64,000 nucleotides of DNA from an uncultured delta proteobacterium (GCA_963766715.1 CAVYBH010000012.1:416001-480000); one strand, 5' to 3'. Numbered from the stretch's first letter, positions 21,171 through 33,757 are shown. Numbers and translations are program-made. Notes: generated by a model not told the origin, from the sequence alone.

Positions 21171-22247
21171 GTGGACCTGGTCCGAGACCTGGAGGCCCTG
21201 GCAGAAGGGGCCCGGCAGTCCATCTCGTCTGCGGCAGACGAACGCGCGCTCGAGGAGCTGCGGGTCCGTTTCCTCGGCAAGAAGGGCGAGCTGTCCGTCG
21301 TGCTTCGCGGAATGGGCCAGCTCGCCGCCGGGGAACGCCCCCGCGTCGGCGAGGTGGCCAATCGCGTCCGGGACGAGGTCGAGAACCTGCTCACCCGGGC
21401 GCGCCAGCGCATCGAGGACGCACGCCTGGAGCGCGAGCTCCAGGGATCGCGCATCGACGTGACGTTGCCGGGCCGGCGGCTCCTGCCGCGCGGGCACCGG
21501 CATCCGGTCACGCGGGCCACCGAGGAGATCGTCGGCGTCTTCGGGCGCCTGGGATACGAGGTCGCGAGCGGCCCGGAGATCGAGCTCGACTGGTACAACT
21601 TCGAGGCGCTCAACATCCCGAAGGATCATCCCGCCCGGGACATGCAGGACACCTTCTACGTCGACCGGGCCACGCTGGGCGCGGGCGTCGGGGACGGGGC
21701 CGTGCTGCTGCGGACCCACACCTCGCCCATCCAGATCCGGGCCATGAAGCGGGCCGGTGCTCCGCCCATCCGGGTGGTGGCTCCGGGGCGCGTCTACCGA
21801 AGCGACTACGACCAGACCCACTCGCCCATGTTCCACCAGGTCGAGGGGATCTGCGTCGGCCCGGGCATCACCTTCGCCGACCTGAAGGGCACGCTGGCCG
21901 CCTTCGCGCGGGCCTACTTCGGCCCGGGCACCGCCACGCGCGTCCGTCCCAGCTACTTCCCCTTCGTGGAGCCGGGCGCCGAGATCGACGTCTCCTGCAC
22001 CATCTGCGGCGGCTCGGGAACCCGGGCCGAGGTCCGCTGCGGCACCTGCAAGGGCACCGGTTGGCTGGAGGTCCTCGGGTCGGGCATGGTCCACCCCAAG
22101 GTCCTCGAGAACGTCGGCTTCGATCCGGCGGCCGTGACCGGGTTCGCCTTCGGCATGGGCGTCGAGCGGATGGCGATGCTCAAGTACGGCATCGCCGATC
22201 TCCGGCTCTTCTACGAGAACGACCTCCGCTTCCTCGAGCAGTTCTGA
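21171..22247 (+). CDS. pheS: Phenylalanine--tRNA ligase alpha subunit
   Basis: HPARDMQDTF, LRTHTSP, FHQVEG, YFPFVEPG, FAFGMGVER. Confidence 0.98.
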   Translation: MDLVRDLEALAEGARQSISSAADERALEELRVRFLGKKGELSVVLRGMGQLAAGERPRVGEVANRVRDEVENLLTRARQRIEDARLERELQGSRIDVTLPGRRLLPRGHRHPVTRATEEIVGVFGRLGYEVASGPEIELDWYNFEALNIPKDHPARDMQDTFYVDRATLGAGVGDGAVLLRTHTSPIQIRAMKRAGAPPIRVVAPGRVYRSDYDQTHSPMFHQVEGICVGPGITFADLKGTLAAFARAYFGPGTATRVRPSYFPFVEPGAEIDVSCTICGGSGTRAEVRCGTCKGTGWLEVLGSGMVHPKVLENVGFDPAAVTGFAFGMGVERMAMLKYGIADLRLFYENDLRFLEQF

Positions 22248-22253
22248 GCCGAC

Positions 22254-24668
22254 ATGCGCATCTCCCTCTCCTGGCTCGCCGACTACGTCCCGCTCCCCGA
22301 CCCCGCCGAGGTGGCCCGGCGCCTGACCGCCGTCGGACTGGAGGTCGAGGCCGTGGAGCGCGTCGGCGCGGCCCTCGACGGCGTCGTCGCGGCCCGCATC
22401 CTCTCCTCCGCCCGTCACCCGCAGGCGGACAAGCTCTCGGTCTGCCAGGTGGAGGCCGGGTCGGGGCCGGTGCAGATCGTCTGCGGCGCCACCAACTGGA
22501 AGGTGGGAGACGTCGTCCCGCTGGCCACCCCGGGCACGCGGATGCCGGCCGGGCACCGGATCGACGCCGCCAAGCTCCGGGGCGTCGACTCGCACGGCAT
22601 GCTCTGCTCCGCCAAGGAGCTGGGGCTCTCCGAGGAGGCATCCGGCCTCCTGATCCTCCCGCCGGACGCCACCCCGGGCACGCCGCTGGCGCGGGTGCTC
22701 GGCATCGAGGACGTCGTCCTCGAGGTGAACGTCACCCCGAACCGCGCCGACGCGCTCTCCCACCTCGGCATCGCCCGCGAGGTCGCCGCGGCGACCGGAG
22801 CCCGCGTCGCCGTCCCGGCCCACGGGCTGAAGGAGCAGGCCCCCCCGGCCGATGCTTCACTCAAGGTCACCATCGAGGCGCCGGGGCGATGCTTCCGCTA
22901 CTCGGCGCGGGTGATCGACGGCGTCCGGATCGGCCCGTCCCCGGCCTGGCTCGCGCGCCGGCTCGAGGCCTGCGGGGTCCGCTCCATCTCGAACGTGGTC
23001 GACGCCACGAACTTCGTGCTCCTGGAGCGGGGGCAGCCGCTCCACGCCTTCGACCTCGAGAAGGTGGCGGGCGCGGAGATCGTGGTTCGCACCGCGCGCC
23101 CCGGGGAGAAGCTCGTGACGCTCGACGGCGTCGAGCGCACGCTCTCGCCCGACGACCTGGTGATCGCCGACCGGGATCACGCCAGCGCGCTCGCCGGCGT
23201 GATGGGCGGAGGCACCTCGGAAATCTCGGCCGGAACCAGCCGGGTGCTGCTCGAGTCGGCCTGGTTCGAGCCCACCGGCGTGCGCCGGACGGCTCGCCGC
23301 CACGGCCTCCACACCGAGGCCTCCCATCGCTTCGAGCGGGGCGTCGACCCGGAGGGCGTCGTCGCCGCGCTCGACCGCTGCGCCGCCCTGATCGCCGAGC
23401 TCTCCGGTGGCACGGTCCGCCAGGGCGCGGTCGATGCCCATCCGCGGGCGAACCGGCCCGTGGACGTGGTCCTGCCCTGGAAGCGCCCCGGCGAGATCCT
23501 GGGCATGACGATCACGCCGGACGAGGCACGCGGCGCGCTCGTGGCCCTCGGCTTCGACCTCGTCGTCGACGGCCCGGAGGCCGGTACCTTCCGCGTCCCC
23601 AGCTGGCGGCTCGACGTCTCCCGCGAGGAGGACCTGGTCGAGGAGATCATCCGCCTGCGCGGGTACGACGCCATCCCCGAGACCCTTCCTCCGTTCTCCA
23701 CGGTCACCCCGGCCCCGGCCAGGTCCGCGGTGGTGACCGAGCGCGCCCGGCAGGCGCTCGAGGGCGCGGGGTACTCCGAGGCGGTGAACTTCTCGTTCGT
23801 GGCCCCGGCCGATCTCGAGCCGATGGTGAAGGGCGGCGTTCCCGGGGGGATCGCCCTCCAGAACCCGATCAGCGCCGACCTGGCGGTGATGCGGTCGAGC
23901 CTGGTGCCGTCCCTGCTGAAGGGGCTCGCCTACAACCGCAGGCAGCGGGTCGAGGACGTCCGGCTCTACGAGCTCGCGGCCGTCTACCAGCCGCGGCGGC
24001 CCGACGCCGACGGCGACGCGCCGGCGCACGAGGAGCTCCGCCTGGCGGGCATCGCGAGCGGGCGGCGCCACCCGGTGGGCTGGTCGGCGAGCGGCGACCC
24101 GGTCGACTTCTCCGACCTGAAGGGCGCGCTCGAGGCCTTGCTCGAGGGGCTGGGAATCGACGGCGTCCACTGGGCGCACGGCGGCCCCTCGTGGCTCCAC
24201 CCGCGCTCGGCCGCCACCATCGAGTGGAAGGACGCGGCCGGGGCCACGCATGCCCTGGGCGTCGCCGGGGAGGTGCACCCGAGGGTCGCCTCCGCCTTCA
24301 ATCTCCCGCGCGGCGTCTTCGTCTTCAATCTCTCCTTCGAGAACCTGCTCCGGGCCGCGGTCCTGGTCCGTGGACACGCCGACGTTCCCCGGTTCCCGGC
24401 CGTCCTCCGCGACCTCGCGGTGGTGGTCTCGGACGGCGTCGATGCGCGCACCGTGCTCGACGCGGTCCGGGCCGAGCCGCTGGTCGAGGACGTGACGCTC
24501 TTCGACGTGTACCGGGGCGCGCCAATCCCGGAAGGGAAGAAGAACCTGGCCATGGCCATCCGGTACCGGGCGGTGGAACGTACGCTGACCGACGGCGAGG
24601 CCGACGCGGCCCACGGCCGGATCGTGGAGCGCCTCCGGGGCGAGGTGGCGGCCGAATTGCGGGGATAG
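22254..24668 (+). CDS. pheT: Phenylalanine--tRNA ligase beta subunit
   Basis: HPQADKL, IVCGA, LRGVDSHGMLCS, TPNRAD, RFERGVD, FDX-ACB C-terminus. Confidence 0.98.
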   Translation: MRISLSWLADYVPLPDPAEVARRLTAVGLEVEAVERVGAALDGVVAARILSSARHPQADKLSVCQVEAGSGPVQIVCGATNWKVGDVVPLATPGTRMPAGHRIDAAKLRGVDSHGMLCSAKELGLSEEASGLLILPPDATPGTPLARVLGIEDVVLEVNVTPNRADALSHLGIAREVAAATGARVAVPAHGLKEQAPPADASLKVTIEAPGRCFRYSARVIDGVRIGPSPAWLARRLEACGVRSISNVVDATNFVLLERGQPLHAFDLEKVAGAEIVVRTARPGEKLVTLDGVERTLSPDDLVIADRDHASALAGVMGGGTSEISAGTSRVLLESAWFEPTGVRRTARRHGLHTEASHRFERGVDPEGVVAALDRCAALIAELSGGTVRQGAVDAHPRANRPVDVVLPWKRPGEILGMTITPDEARGALVALGFDLVVDGPEAGTFRVPSWRLDVSREEDLVEEIIRLRGYDAIPETLPPFSTVTPAPARSAVVTERARQALEGAGYSEAVNFSFVAPADLEPMVKGGVPGGIALQNPISADLAVMRSSLVPSLLKGLAYNRRQRVEDVRLYELAAVYQPRRPDADGDAPAHEELRLAGIASGRRHPVGWSASGDPVDFSDLKGALEALLEGLGIDGVHWAHGGPSWLHPRSAATIEWKDAAGATHALGVAGEVHPRVASAFNLPRGVFVFNLSFENLLRAAVLVRGHADVPRFPAVLRDLAVVVSDGVDARTVLDAVRAEPLVEDVTLFDVYRGAPIPEGKKNLAMAIRYRAVERTLTDGEADAAHGRIVERLRGEVAAELRG

Positions 24669-24758
24669 CGGGGCGGATTGCACCATGAGTTTGACAGTGC
24701 CCGCCGAATCAGCTAACGAAGACGAGGACTTGGGCGCCTTCGCGCCCGCAGGGGTGAG

Positions 24759-25080
24759 GTGAGCGTGACCAAGGCCGACATCATCGAGAGCGTCTACGAG
24801 AAGGTGGGCTTCTCCAAGAAGGAAGCGGCCGACGTCGTGGAGATGGTGTTCGACACCATCAAGGAAACCCTGGAGCGCGGCGAGAAGATCAGAATCAGCG
24901 GCTTCGGGAACTTCATCGTCCGCGACAAGAAGTCCAGGGTCGGACGGAATCCCCAGACGGGCGAGGAGATCGAGAATCTCGGCCCGACGGGTGCTGACCT
25001 TCCGCCCGAGCCAGGTTCTCAAGAACGCACTGAACGGCATGCCCGACGAGCCGCAGGCTGGCTCGCCGCCGGCGCCCTGA
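24759..25080 (+). CDS. ihfA: Integration host factor alpha; indel near 24973
   Basis: TKADIIESVYEKVG...ISGFGNF...GRNPQTGEEIE / ISARRVLTFRPSQVLK; follows pheT. Confidence 0.93.
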
Positions 25081-25101
25081 GAATCGCCACCCGTCCCGGC
25101 G

Positions 25102-26457
<1,356 letters not shown>

Positions 26458-26465
26458 GGACGCTC

Positions 26466-27992
26466 CTACGCGACGGCTGGAGGGGGAGACGGGGGGGCGG
26501 GGAAGAGCAGGGTGAAGGTGGCTCCCGCCCCCGGAGCGGTCTCCACCTCGATGCGGCCCCGGAGGGCGCCGGCAATCTCGCGCGAGATGGCCAGGCCGAG
26601 TCCCGTGCCCTTGCCCGCCTCCTTGGTGGTGAAGAAGGGCTCGAAGATGTGCTTCCGGGTCTCGGAGGCGATCCCGCCGCCGGTGTCCGTCACCGAGAGG
26701 GCGAGCTGATCGCCGGCGCGCCGGGCCCGGACCGTGAGATAGCCCCCGGCCGGCATGGCGTCGACGGCGTTCGAGATGAAGTTCCCGAGCACGTGGCGGA
26801 CCAGCGAGGGATCGATGCTCGCGGGCCCCAGGTCGTCGGGGACCTCGCGCCGGACCTCGATCCGCTGGCGCGCCTCGGCCGAGACGTTCAGGGAGAGCGC
26901 CTCGTCCACCAGCGACGCCAGCTTCACCGGCTCCGGCCGGGGGACGAGCGCCCGCGCCGAGTCGAGGAAGCGACGGATGATGGCGGTCATCCGCTGCACC
27001 TCGCGCTCGATGACCCGGAGCTGCTCGCGCATGTCCGGCGGGCAGGCGGCGTCGCGGGCGAGCAGCTGGACGTGGCCGCTGATGGCGTTCAGCGGGTTGC
27101 CCAGCTCGTGGGCGATGGTCCCGGACAGCTGCCCGAGCGCGGCGAGCCGTTCCTGCGCCGAGCGCTCCCGGCGGGCCTCCATCAAGAGCTCGTTCAGCTC
27201 GGCGAGCTCCCGGTTCTTCCGGGCCAGGTCGGCGGTGGCCTCCTCGACCCGGTCCTGCAGCTCGAGGTTGAACCCGCGCACCCGGGCGAGCATCGCGTCG
27301 AGGCCCCGGGCCAGCGTGCCAATCTCGTCCCGCCGCGCCGTTCCCGGGATCGAAGCGGCGTCCAGCGCTCCCGACTCGATTCCCTCCACCGTCCCGGCCA
27401 GGGCGGAGAGCGGGCGAACCAGCACCCGGTTCAGGACGAAGGTGAAGGCCAGGAAGACCAGGATCGCCGCGAGCATCGTGGACGCCACGAAGATCCGCCC
27501 CTGGCCGCGCCCCAGCTTCTCGGCCTCGGACAGGCTCGTCTCCAGCCGGATGGCGGCCACGGTGTGCGAGAACGAGTCCTTCACCGGGAGCTCGACGCGC
27601 ACGACCCGGTCGTCGCCGTCGCCGGCGACGAGCGAGGTGGTCTGGGAGGGGAAGGGGTAGTCGACCTCCTCGAAGCTGGTCTCCGGGCCGTTCGGGCCGT
27701 ACTGCATCCGGACCACGTCGTCCTTGCCCGGCTTCCGGATGATCAGCTCGATGGTGCGCACGCCGCGGTGCTGCCGGAGGACGGCGGCCAGGCGATCGGC
27801 GGCGCGGGCGGGGTCGAGGTCGCGGGAGAGATCGAGGTCGGCGCGGACGGCGCGCGCCATCTCCACCGCGCGGTCCTGGATGGCGGACTCCACCGCGCGT
27901 GCAGCGGCGCCGGCGCCAAGGGCGGCCGCGGTCCCCATGGAGAGCACGAGGATGACCGTGAAGAGGGCGATGATTTGTGCGCGGATCGACAC
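26466..27992 (-). CDS. Membrane sensor histidine kinase (HAMP-HisKA-HATPase)
   Basis: Two TMs, RDEIG HAMP, IAHELGNPL, NAVDA, DTGGG, FFTTK, GTGLGL. Confidence 0.95.
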   Translation of the reverse strand: MSIRAQIIALFTVILVLSMGTAAALGAGAAARAVESAIQDRAVEMARAVRADLDLSRDLDPARAADRLAAVLRQHRGVRTIELIIRKPGKDDVVRMQYGPNGPETSFEEVDYPFPSQTTSLVAGDGDDRVVRVELPVKDSFSHTVAAIRLETSLSEAEKLGRGQGRIFVASTMLAAILVFLAFTFVLNRVLVRPLSALAGTVEGIESGALDAASIPGTARRDEIGTLARGLDAMLARVRGFNLELQDRVEEATADLARKNRELAELNELLMEARRERSAQERLAALGQLSGTIAHELGNPLNAISGHVQLLARDAACPPDMREQLRVIEREVQRMTAIIRRFLDSARALVPRPEPVKLASLVDEALSLNVSAEARQRIEVRREVPDDLGPASIDPSLVRHVLGNFISNAVDAMPAGGYLTVRARRAGDQLALSVTDTGGGIASETRKHIFEPFFTTKEAGKGTGLGLAISREIAGALRGRIEVETAPGAGATFTLLFPAPPSPPPAVA

Positions 27993-28003
27993 GGGGACCG
28001 GAC

Positions 28004-28039
28004 AAAGAAAGGGCCGGCCGCGACGAGCGCGGCCGGCCC
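28004..28039 (-). terminator. Intrinsic terminator after the small secreted protein gene
   Basis: Minus strand GGGCCGGCCGCG-loop-CGCGGCCGGCCC-TTTCTTT. Confidence 0.8.
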
Positions 28040-28064
28040 AGAAGCTACCAGAAACCGGTTCGCG

Positions 28065-28394
28065 TTACTTCGCGGCCGGGGCAGTCGGGGCAGCCGGCTT
28101 CGCGGCAGGAGCCGGAGCGGCGGCGGGGGCGGCCGCAGGCGCGGCGAGCCGGGGCAGCGGCGGGGGCGGCGGCCGGCTTGGTGGACTTCTTCGACTTCTT
28201 GCTGGACTTCGCGGGGGCAGCGGCCGGCTTGGCGGCAGGAGCCGGGGCAGCGGGGGCAGCGGCGGCGGGAGCGGCGGGGCGGCCGGGGCAGCAGCGGCCG
28301 GCTTGGCGGCCGGGGCCGGGGCGGCCGCAGGGGCCTGGGCGAGGACAGGGAGGGCGAAGGCAACGGCGACGAGGGCGCTGAGGATCTTCTTCAT
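28065..28394 (-). CDS. Small secreted Ala/Pro/Lys-rich low-complexity protein; indels in the repeats
   Basis: Signal MKKILSALVAVAFALPVLA-Q, repeats APAAKPAAA, basic patch KSSKKSKKS; SD AGGAG. Confidence 0.8.
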   Translation of the reverse strand: MKKILSALVAVAFALPVLAQAPAAAPAPAAKPAAAAPAAPPLPPPLPPLPRLLPPSRPLPPRSPARSRRSPPSRPPPPPLPRLAAPAAAPAAAPAPAAKPAAPTAPAAK

Positions 28395-28455
28395 TTGGGT
28401 GCTTCTCCTTGGAGAGGTGTTCGGAAAGGCGGGTGAACCGTCCGAGGGAACCAAT

Positions 28456-28471
28456 AGCAGCCGATGTGCCA
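28456..28471 (-). promoter_or_regulatory. sigma54 promoter of the small secreted protein gene
   Basis: Minus strand TGGCACATCGGCTGCT, GG-N10-GC. Confidence 0.75.
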
Positions 28472-28614
28472 AGGGCGGGCTCGGCGCGACCATTGGAAAA
28501 ACGGTTGGTTGCGCCGGTGTCCGGGACGGGCGCGCAACCCGGTCGGGGAGATACGGGACGGCCCCGAGCGGGTGTGGGTAGGAGTTCCCCGCGTGCCGGC
28601 GCTATAAGCGGCGG

Positions 28615-29002
28615 ATGGCCATCGACTACACGGACTCGAGGCGGATGCGCCTCGACGTCGAGTTCTACTTCGCCGCGGCCCATCGACTTCCCCGCTACGA
28701 GGGGCCCTGCTTCCGCCTGCACGGCCACAACTACAAGTTCTTCGTGACCGTGGAGGGGGACGTCGACCCTGCCACCGGAATGATCGCCGACTTCGGCGTG
28801 ATCAAGGAGCGTGGTGGGCGAGGAGGTCCTGGCCCGGGTCGACCACCGGAACCTGAACGACATCCTCGAGAACCCCACCGCCGAGAACATCGCCCGCTGG
28901 ATCTGGGAGGTGCTGAAGCCGCGGATGGCCGACCTCGTCGAGGTGCGCCTCTTCGAGATCCCGGACAGCTGCGTCACCTACCGGGGGGCGGGTGGGCGCT
29001 AG
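28615..29002 (+). CDS. queD: 6-carboxytetrahydropterin synthase (QueD/PTPS-I); indel near 28810
   Basis: FAAAHRL..GPCFRLHGHNY, GMIADF, DHRNLN, NPTAENIA, LFE. Confidence 0.9.
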
Positions 29003-29609
29003 CTCGCGTCGCGGGGCGCGGGCCGCCGCGCAGGCGGTCGAGCGATTCCTCGAGTCGCTCGTCCCGGAGGCTGCGCTGCGCCAGGCCGACGTGAAGGGAA
29101 CGCCGCGGCGGGTCGCGGAGGCCTTCCGGAACGACCTGCTCGACGGGTATCGCTGCGACCCGGCGGCCATCCTGCGCGGGGCCATCCCGAACGCCGGCCA
29201 CGACCTCGTGGCGGTGACCGGGATCGACTTCCACGCCGTCTGTCCGCACCACCTCCTGCCGTACCGGGGAACGGCCTGCATCGCCTACGTCCCGGGCGGA
29301 CGCGTGCTCGGCTTCGGCGTGCTGGCCCGCCTCCTCGACTGCTTCGCGCACCGGCTGGTCATCCAGGAGGTCCTGGCCCGCCAGGTGGCCGACGCGCTGG
29401 TGGACGAGCTGGGTGCGCGCGGCGCGGCCTGCGTGCTCGACGCCGAGCAGATGTGCCTGACCGTGAGGGGGGAGCGGCGGAGGCAGGCGCGTACCCACAG
29501 TCACGCCTTCGCCGGGCACATGGACGGCGACGCGGCCTGGGAACGCCGGATCCTGCGGCTGGCCGCGGGAGAAGGGCGTACGCCCTCGCGGGCGGGGCGG
29601 CGCAGGTGA
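28992..29609 (+). CDS. folE: GTP cyclohydrolase I family protein (divergent)
   Basis: TPRRVA, CPHHLLPY.G, IAYVP, IQE, MCLTVRG. Confidence 0.85.
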   Translation: MGASSRRGARAAAQAVERFLESLVPEAALRQADVKGTPRRVAEAFRNDLLDGYRCDPAAILRGAIPNAGHDLVAVTGIDFHAVCPHHLLPYRGTACIAYVPGGRVLGFGVLARLLDCFAHRLVIQEVLARQVADALVDELGARGAACVLDAEQMCLTVRGERRRQARTHSHAFAGHMDGDAAWERRILRLAAGEGRTPSRAGRRR

Positions 29610-30292
29610 GGGGCCGGCTCGACGGCCGCACCGCCATCGTCACCGGCGGGGGCAGGGGCATCGGCGCGGCGGTGGCGCGGGAGCTCACCGGACGCGGGGC
29701 CCGGGTCACCGTCTTCGCGAGGACCGCCGCGGAGCTGGACGAGCGGGTGCGGGCCGGCGACGCCGCCTTCGCGGTGGCGGGCGACGCGAGCCGGGAGGAG
29801 GACGTGGCCCGCCTCGTGGCCGAGCACGAGCGGCTCGCGGGCCCGTGCGACGTGCTCGTGCACGCCGCGGGCATCCTCGAGCGGGGGCGGGTCGAGTCGA
29901 TGTCACCCGAGAGCTTCCGGCGGGTGCTGGAGGTGAACCTGGTGGGAGCCTTCCTCGCCTTCCGCGCCGTGGTTCCCGGGATGCGGGCCCGGCGGCGCGG
30001 GCGGATCGTGGCCATCGCCTCCATCTCGGGTCACGTCGGCACGCCCGAGGGCTCGGCGTACAACGCCTCGAAGTGGGGGCTCATCGGCCTCGCGAAGAGC
30101 CTCGCCGAGGAGGTCAAGGCGGACGGCGTCCAGGTGATGACGGTCTCGCCCGGCTCGGTCGACACCCGCATGCTGGCGATGACCCCGTTCCCGCCCGCCA
30201 TGGCGGCGGAGGACGTGGCCCGGGTGGTGGGGTTCTGCGCCGCGGAGGCGCCGGACGCGATGACGGGGAGCGACGTGGAGGTGTTCGGGTGA
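29606..30292 (+). CDS. Short-chain dehydrogenase/reductase
   Basis: TGGGRGIG, YNASK; GTGA overlap with folE. Confidence 0.92.
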   Translation: MRGRLDGRTAIVTGGGRGIGAAVARELTGRGARVTVFARTAAELDERVRAGDAAFAVAGDASREEDVARLVAEHERLAGPCDVLVHAAGILERGRVESMSPESFRRVLEVNLVGAFLAFRAVVPGMRARRRGRIVAIASISGHVGTPEGSAYNASKWGLIGLAKSLAEEVKADGVQVMTVSPGSVDTRMLAMTPFPPAMAAEDVARVVGFCAAEAPDAMTGSDVEVFG

Positions 30293-30294
30293 CG

Positions 30295-31679
30295 ATGGGG
30301 AACGCCATGGCGGCGGCGCTGCGGGACCTGCGCGCGGCCTTTCCGGACGGCCGGCTGGTCCTCGACCCGGAGCGGCTCGCCGAGTACGGCAAGGACGAGT
30401 CGGACCTGGGGGTGTTCCCGCCCGACGTGACCGTGCTGGTGGAGTCGGCCGAGGACGTGCGGTCCGTGTTCGCGGTCGCGTCGAGGCACCGGGTCCCCGT
30501 GGTCCCGGTCGCGGCGCGGAGCGGGAAGACCGGCGGCTCGCTGGCCATCCACGGAGGCATCGCGGTCTCGGTGGAGCGCATGAACCGCATCCTCGAGATC
30601 CGGCCGGCGGACCTCACCGCCCGGCTCCAGCCGGGCGTGGTGACGGGCGTCTTCCAGGCCGAGGTGGAGAAGCACGGCCTCTTCTACCCCCCGATCCCAA
30701 CTCGCTCGACCTCTGCTCCATCGGCGGCAACGTGGCGGAGAACGCCGGAGGCCCGCGCGCGCTCAAGTACGGGGTGACGCGGGAGTACGTGCTGGGGCTC
30801 GAGGTGGTGATCCCGACCGGCGAGATCCTCCGGGTGGGGCGCCAGACCATCAAGGGCGTGGCCGGCTACGACCTGACCGCGCTCTTCGTCGGGAGCGAGG
30901 GAACGCTGGGGATCGTCACCGAGGTGACGGTGAAGCTCCTCCCGCGACCCCGCCACGTGGCCACGGCGCTGGTCTGCTTCCCCGACGTGGCGACCGCGGC
31001 GCAGGCGGTGAGCCGGGTGCTCGCCGAGGGAGTGGTCCCGCGCTGCCTCGAGCTGATCGACGACGTCTCGGTGCAGGCCATCGCCAAGGGATCGCCCTTC
31101 CAGCTGCCGCCCGGCGCGGGAGCGGCGCTGCTCGTGGAGACGGACGGCAACGACGAGGAGCAGGTCTTCGCCGAGATGGCGCGCGTCGCCGAGGTGGTCC
31201 AGGGGACCGCGTCGGGCGAGGTCATCGTGGCCCAGAACCAGGCCCAGCGCCGGGACATCTGGGAGACCCGGAAGTACCTGTCGGTGAGCCTGGGCAAGCT
31301 GGCCGCCCACAAGCTCTCCGAGGACATCGCGGTGCCCCGCTCGCGCATCCCGGAGATGGTGGCCCGCTGCCGGGAGATTGGGAAGGCGCACGGCCTGCTG
31401 GTGGCGACCTACGGCCACGCGGGCGACGGCAACCTCCACTGCAACGTCCTCTACGGGGAGCGGGAGCGGGCGACGGCCGACGCCGCCGTCGGCGAGATCC
31501 TGAGGGCCGCGGTCGACATGGGCGGGACCATCACCGGCGAGCACGGGGTCGGCCTCGCCAAGAGGGACTACCTCGAGTACGAGCAGGGAAGGGCGCTCGT
31601 CGACCTGGAGCGGAGGGTGAAGGCGACCTTCGACCCCCTCGGGATCCTGAACCCAGGGAAGATGTTCCCGGAAACCTGA
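30295..31679 (+). CDS. FAD-linked oxidase, GlcD/D-2-hydroxyacid dehydrogenase family; indel near 30690
   Basis: SIGGNVAENAGG..LKYGVTR, GYDLT..FVGSEGTLG, GHAGDGNLH, TGEHGVG, LNPGK. Confidence 0.9.
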
Positions 31680-31871
31680 TCCCGATCAGGAAGTTTTTCC
31701 GAATCGCGCTGTGGTTGCGGCAGGTTCGGTCGATCCGATGGGCGCCGTCCGACCTTGACAAGGACGGAACGATCCGGCATCAAGAGGGCCCCCTTGGCAC
31801 CCGGATAGGACGTTCCGGCAGCGTCCAGGGACCCCGCCCGCGAAGGCCCCCTCAAGGAGACGAAGGACGAC

Positions 31872-33733
31872 ATGCAACCCAACACTGGAAAGACCCGCCC
31901 GGTGGAGCAGGTCGACGCCGTCACGATCCGTTTCGTCGGCGACTCCGGCGACGGCATGCAGCTCGTCGGCTCGGAGTTCACGAAGGCGTCCGCGATCGCC
32001 GGAAACGACCTCGCGACCTTCCCCGACTTCCCCGCCGAGATCCGCGCCCCCACGGGTACGCTCGCCGGCGTCTCGGGCTACCAGGTCAACTTCGGCTCGA
32101 AGGACATCTTCACGCCGGGCGACCAGCCCGACGTCCTCGTCGCCATGAACCCGGCGGCCCTGAAGACCAACCTCCAGGACCTGCGTCCGGGCGGCATCCT
32201 CATCACCAACAGCGGCGCCTACAACGCGGGCAACCTCGAGAAGGCCGGCTACAAGTCGAACCCGCTCGACGACGACGCCCTGAAGAAGAACTACAAGGTC
32301 GTCTCCGTCGACATGGACAAGCTCACCCGGCCGCGCTGGCCGGGTCCGGGCTCTCCAACAAGGACGTCGCCCGCTGCAGGAACTACTTCGCCCTGGGCAT
32401 GATGTACTGGCTCTACAGCCGCCCCACCGAGGCGCAGCTCGAGAACATCCGGAAGAAGTTCGCCAAGAAGCCGGACATCGCCGAGGCCAACGTCAAGGTC
32501 TTCCTGGCCGGCCACACCTTCGGCGAGACCACCGAGCTCTTCCTCTCCCAGTACACGGTGCCGGCCGCCAAGCTCGAGCCGGGCACCTACCGGAACATCA
32601 CCGGCAACGGCGCCGCGGCCCTCGGGCTCGCCGCCGTGGCCAAGCTGACCGGCCGCCAGGTGTTCCTGGGCAGCTACCCCATCACCCCCGCCACCGAGAT
32701 CCTGCAGGACGCCTCCTACTTCAAGGACATGGGGGTCGTGACCTACCAGGCCGAGGACGAGATCGCGGGCATCGGCTCGGCCATCGGCGCCTCCTTCGGC
32801 GGGTCGCTGGGCGTGACCACCACCTCGGGCCCGGGCCTGGCGCTCAAGTCGGAGATGCTCGGTCTCGCCGTCATCGCCGAGCTCCCGCTCGTCGTCATCG
32901 ACGTGCAGCGCGGCGGCCCGTCGACGGGCATGCCCACCAAGACCGAGCAGTCCGACCTCTACATCGCGCTCTACGGCCGGCACGGCGAGGCGCCCATGCC
33001 GGTCATCGCGGCACGGAGCCCGAGCGACTGCTTCTACGCCACCATCGAGGCCTTCCAGATCGCCACGAAGTGGATGACGCCCGTGCTGCTGCTCACCGAC
33101 GGCTACCTGGGCTTCGGCTCCGAGCCGTTCCGCATCCCGGTGGAGGGGGAGCTCAAGCCCTTCGACGGTGAAGTACCAGACCACGCCGAACTACGAAGGG
33201 CAGTACATGCCGTACCTTCGCGACGCCAAGCTCATCCGCCCCTGGGCCGATCCCCGGTACCGCCGGGCCTCGAGCACCGCATCGGCGGCCTCGAGAAGGA
33301 CTCCATGTCCGGCATGGTCTCCTACGACGGCATGAACCACGAGAGGATGGTGAAGACCCGGGCCCAGAAGATCGCCAACGTCATCGAGGACGTCCCCGAC
33401 GTCGTCGTCGACGGCCCCCAGAGCGGCGACCTGCTGCTCCTCTCCTGGGGCGGCACCTACGGCTCGGTCCGCGGCGCCGCCGCGCAGCTCCGCGCCCAGG
33501 GCAAGAAGGTCGGCCACGTGCACCTGCGCTGGCTGAACCCGCTGCCCAAGAACCTGCTCGCGGTCATCAAGAGCTTCAAGAAGGTCCTGGTACCCGAGGT
33601 CAACAACGGCCAGCTGGCCACCTACCTGCGCGCCTCCTTCCCGGGAGTCGATCCGCTGCAGTTCAACCGGATCAACGGCAAGGCCATCAAGGTGAGCGAG
33701 CTGGTCGGCAAGGTGAACGAGATCCTGGGCTAG
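31872..33733 (+). CDS. 2-oxoacid:ferredoxin oxidoreductase alpha subunit; about three indels
   Basis: [47 protein letters not shown]. Confidence 0.92.
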
Positions 33734-33757
33734 GGCCCGAAAGGAAAGAGCCAGACC

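Noticed and set aside
28065..28340. Repeats as a CRISPR array or VNTR
   Set aside because: They are coding Ala/Pro repeats with no constant repeat-spacer structure, and no cas genes are present.
31794..31812. TGGCAC as a sigma54 promoter for the oxidoreductase
   Set aside because: No GC at the -12 position with correct spacing.
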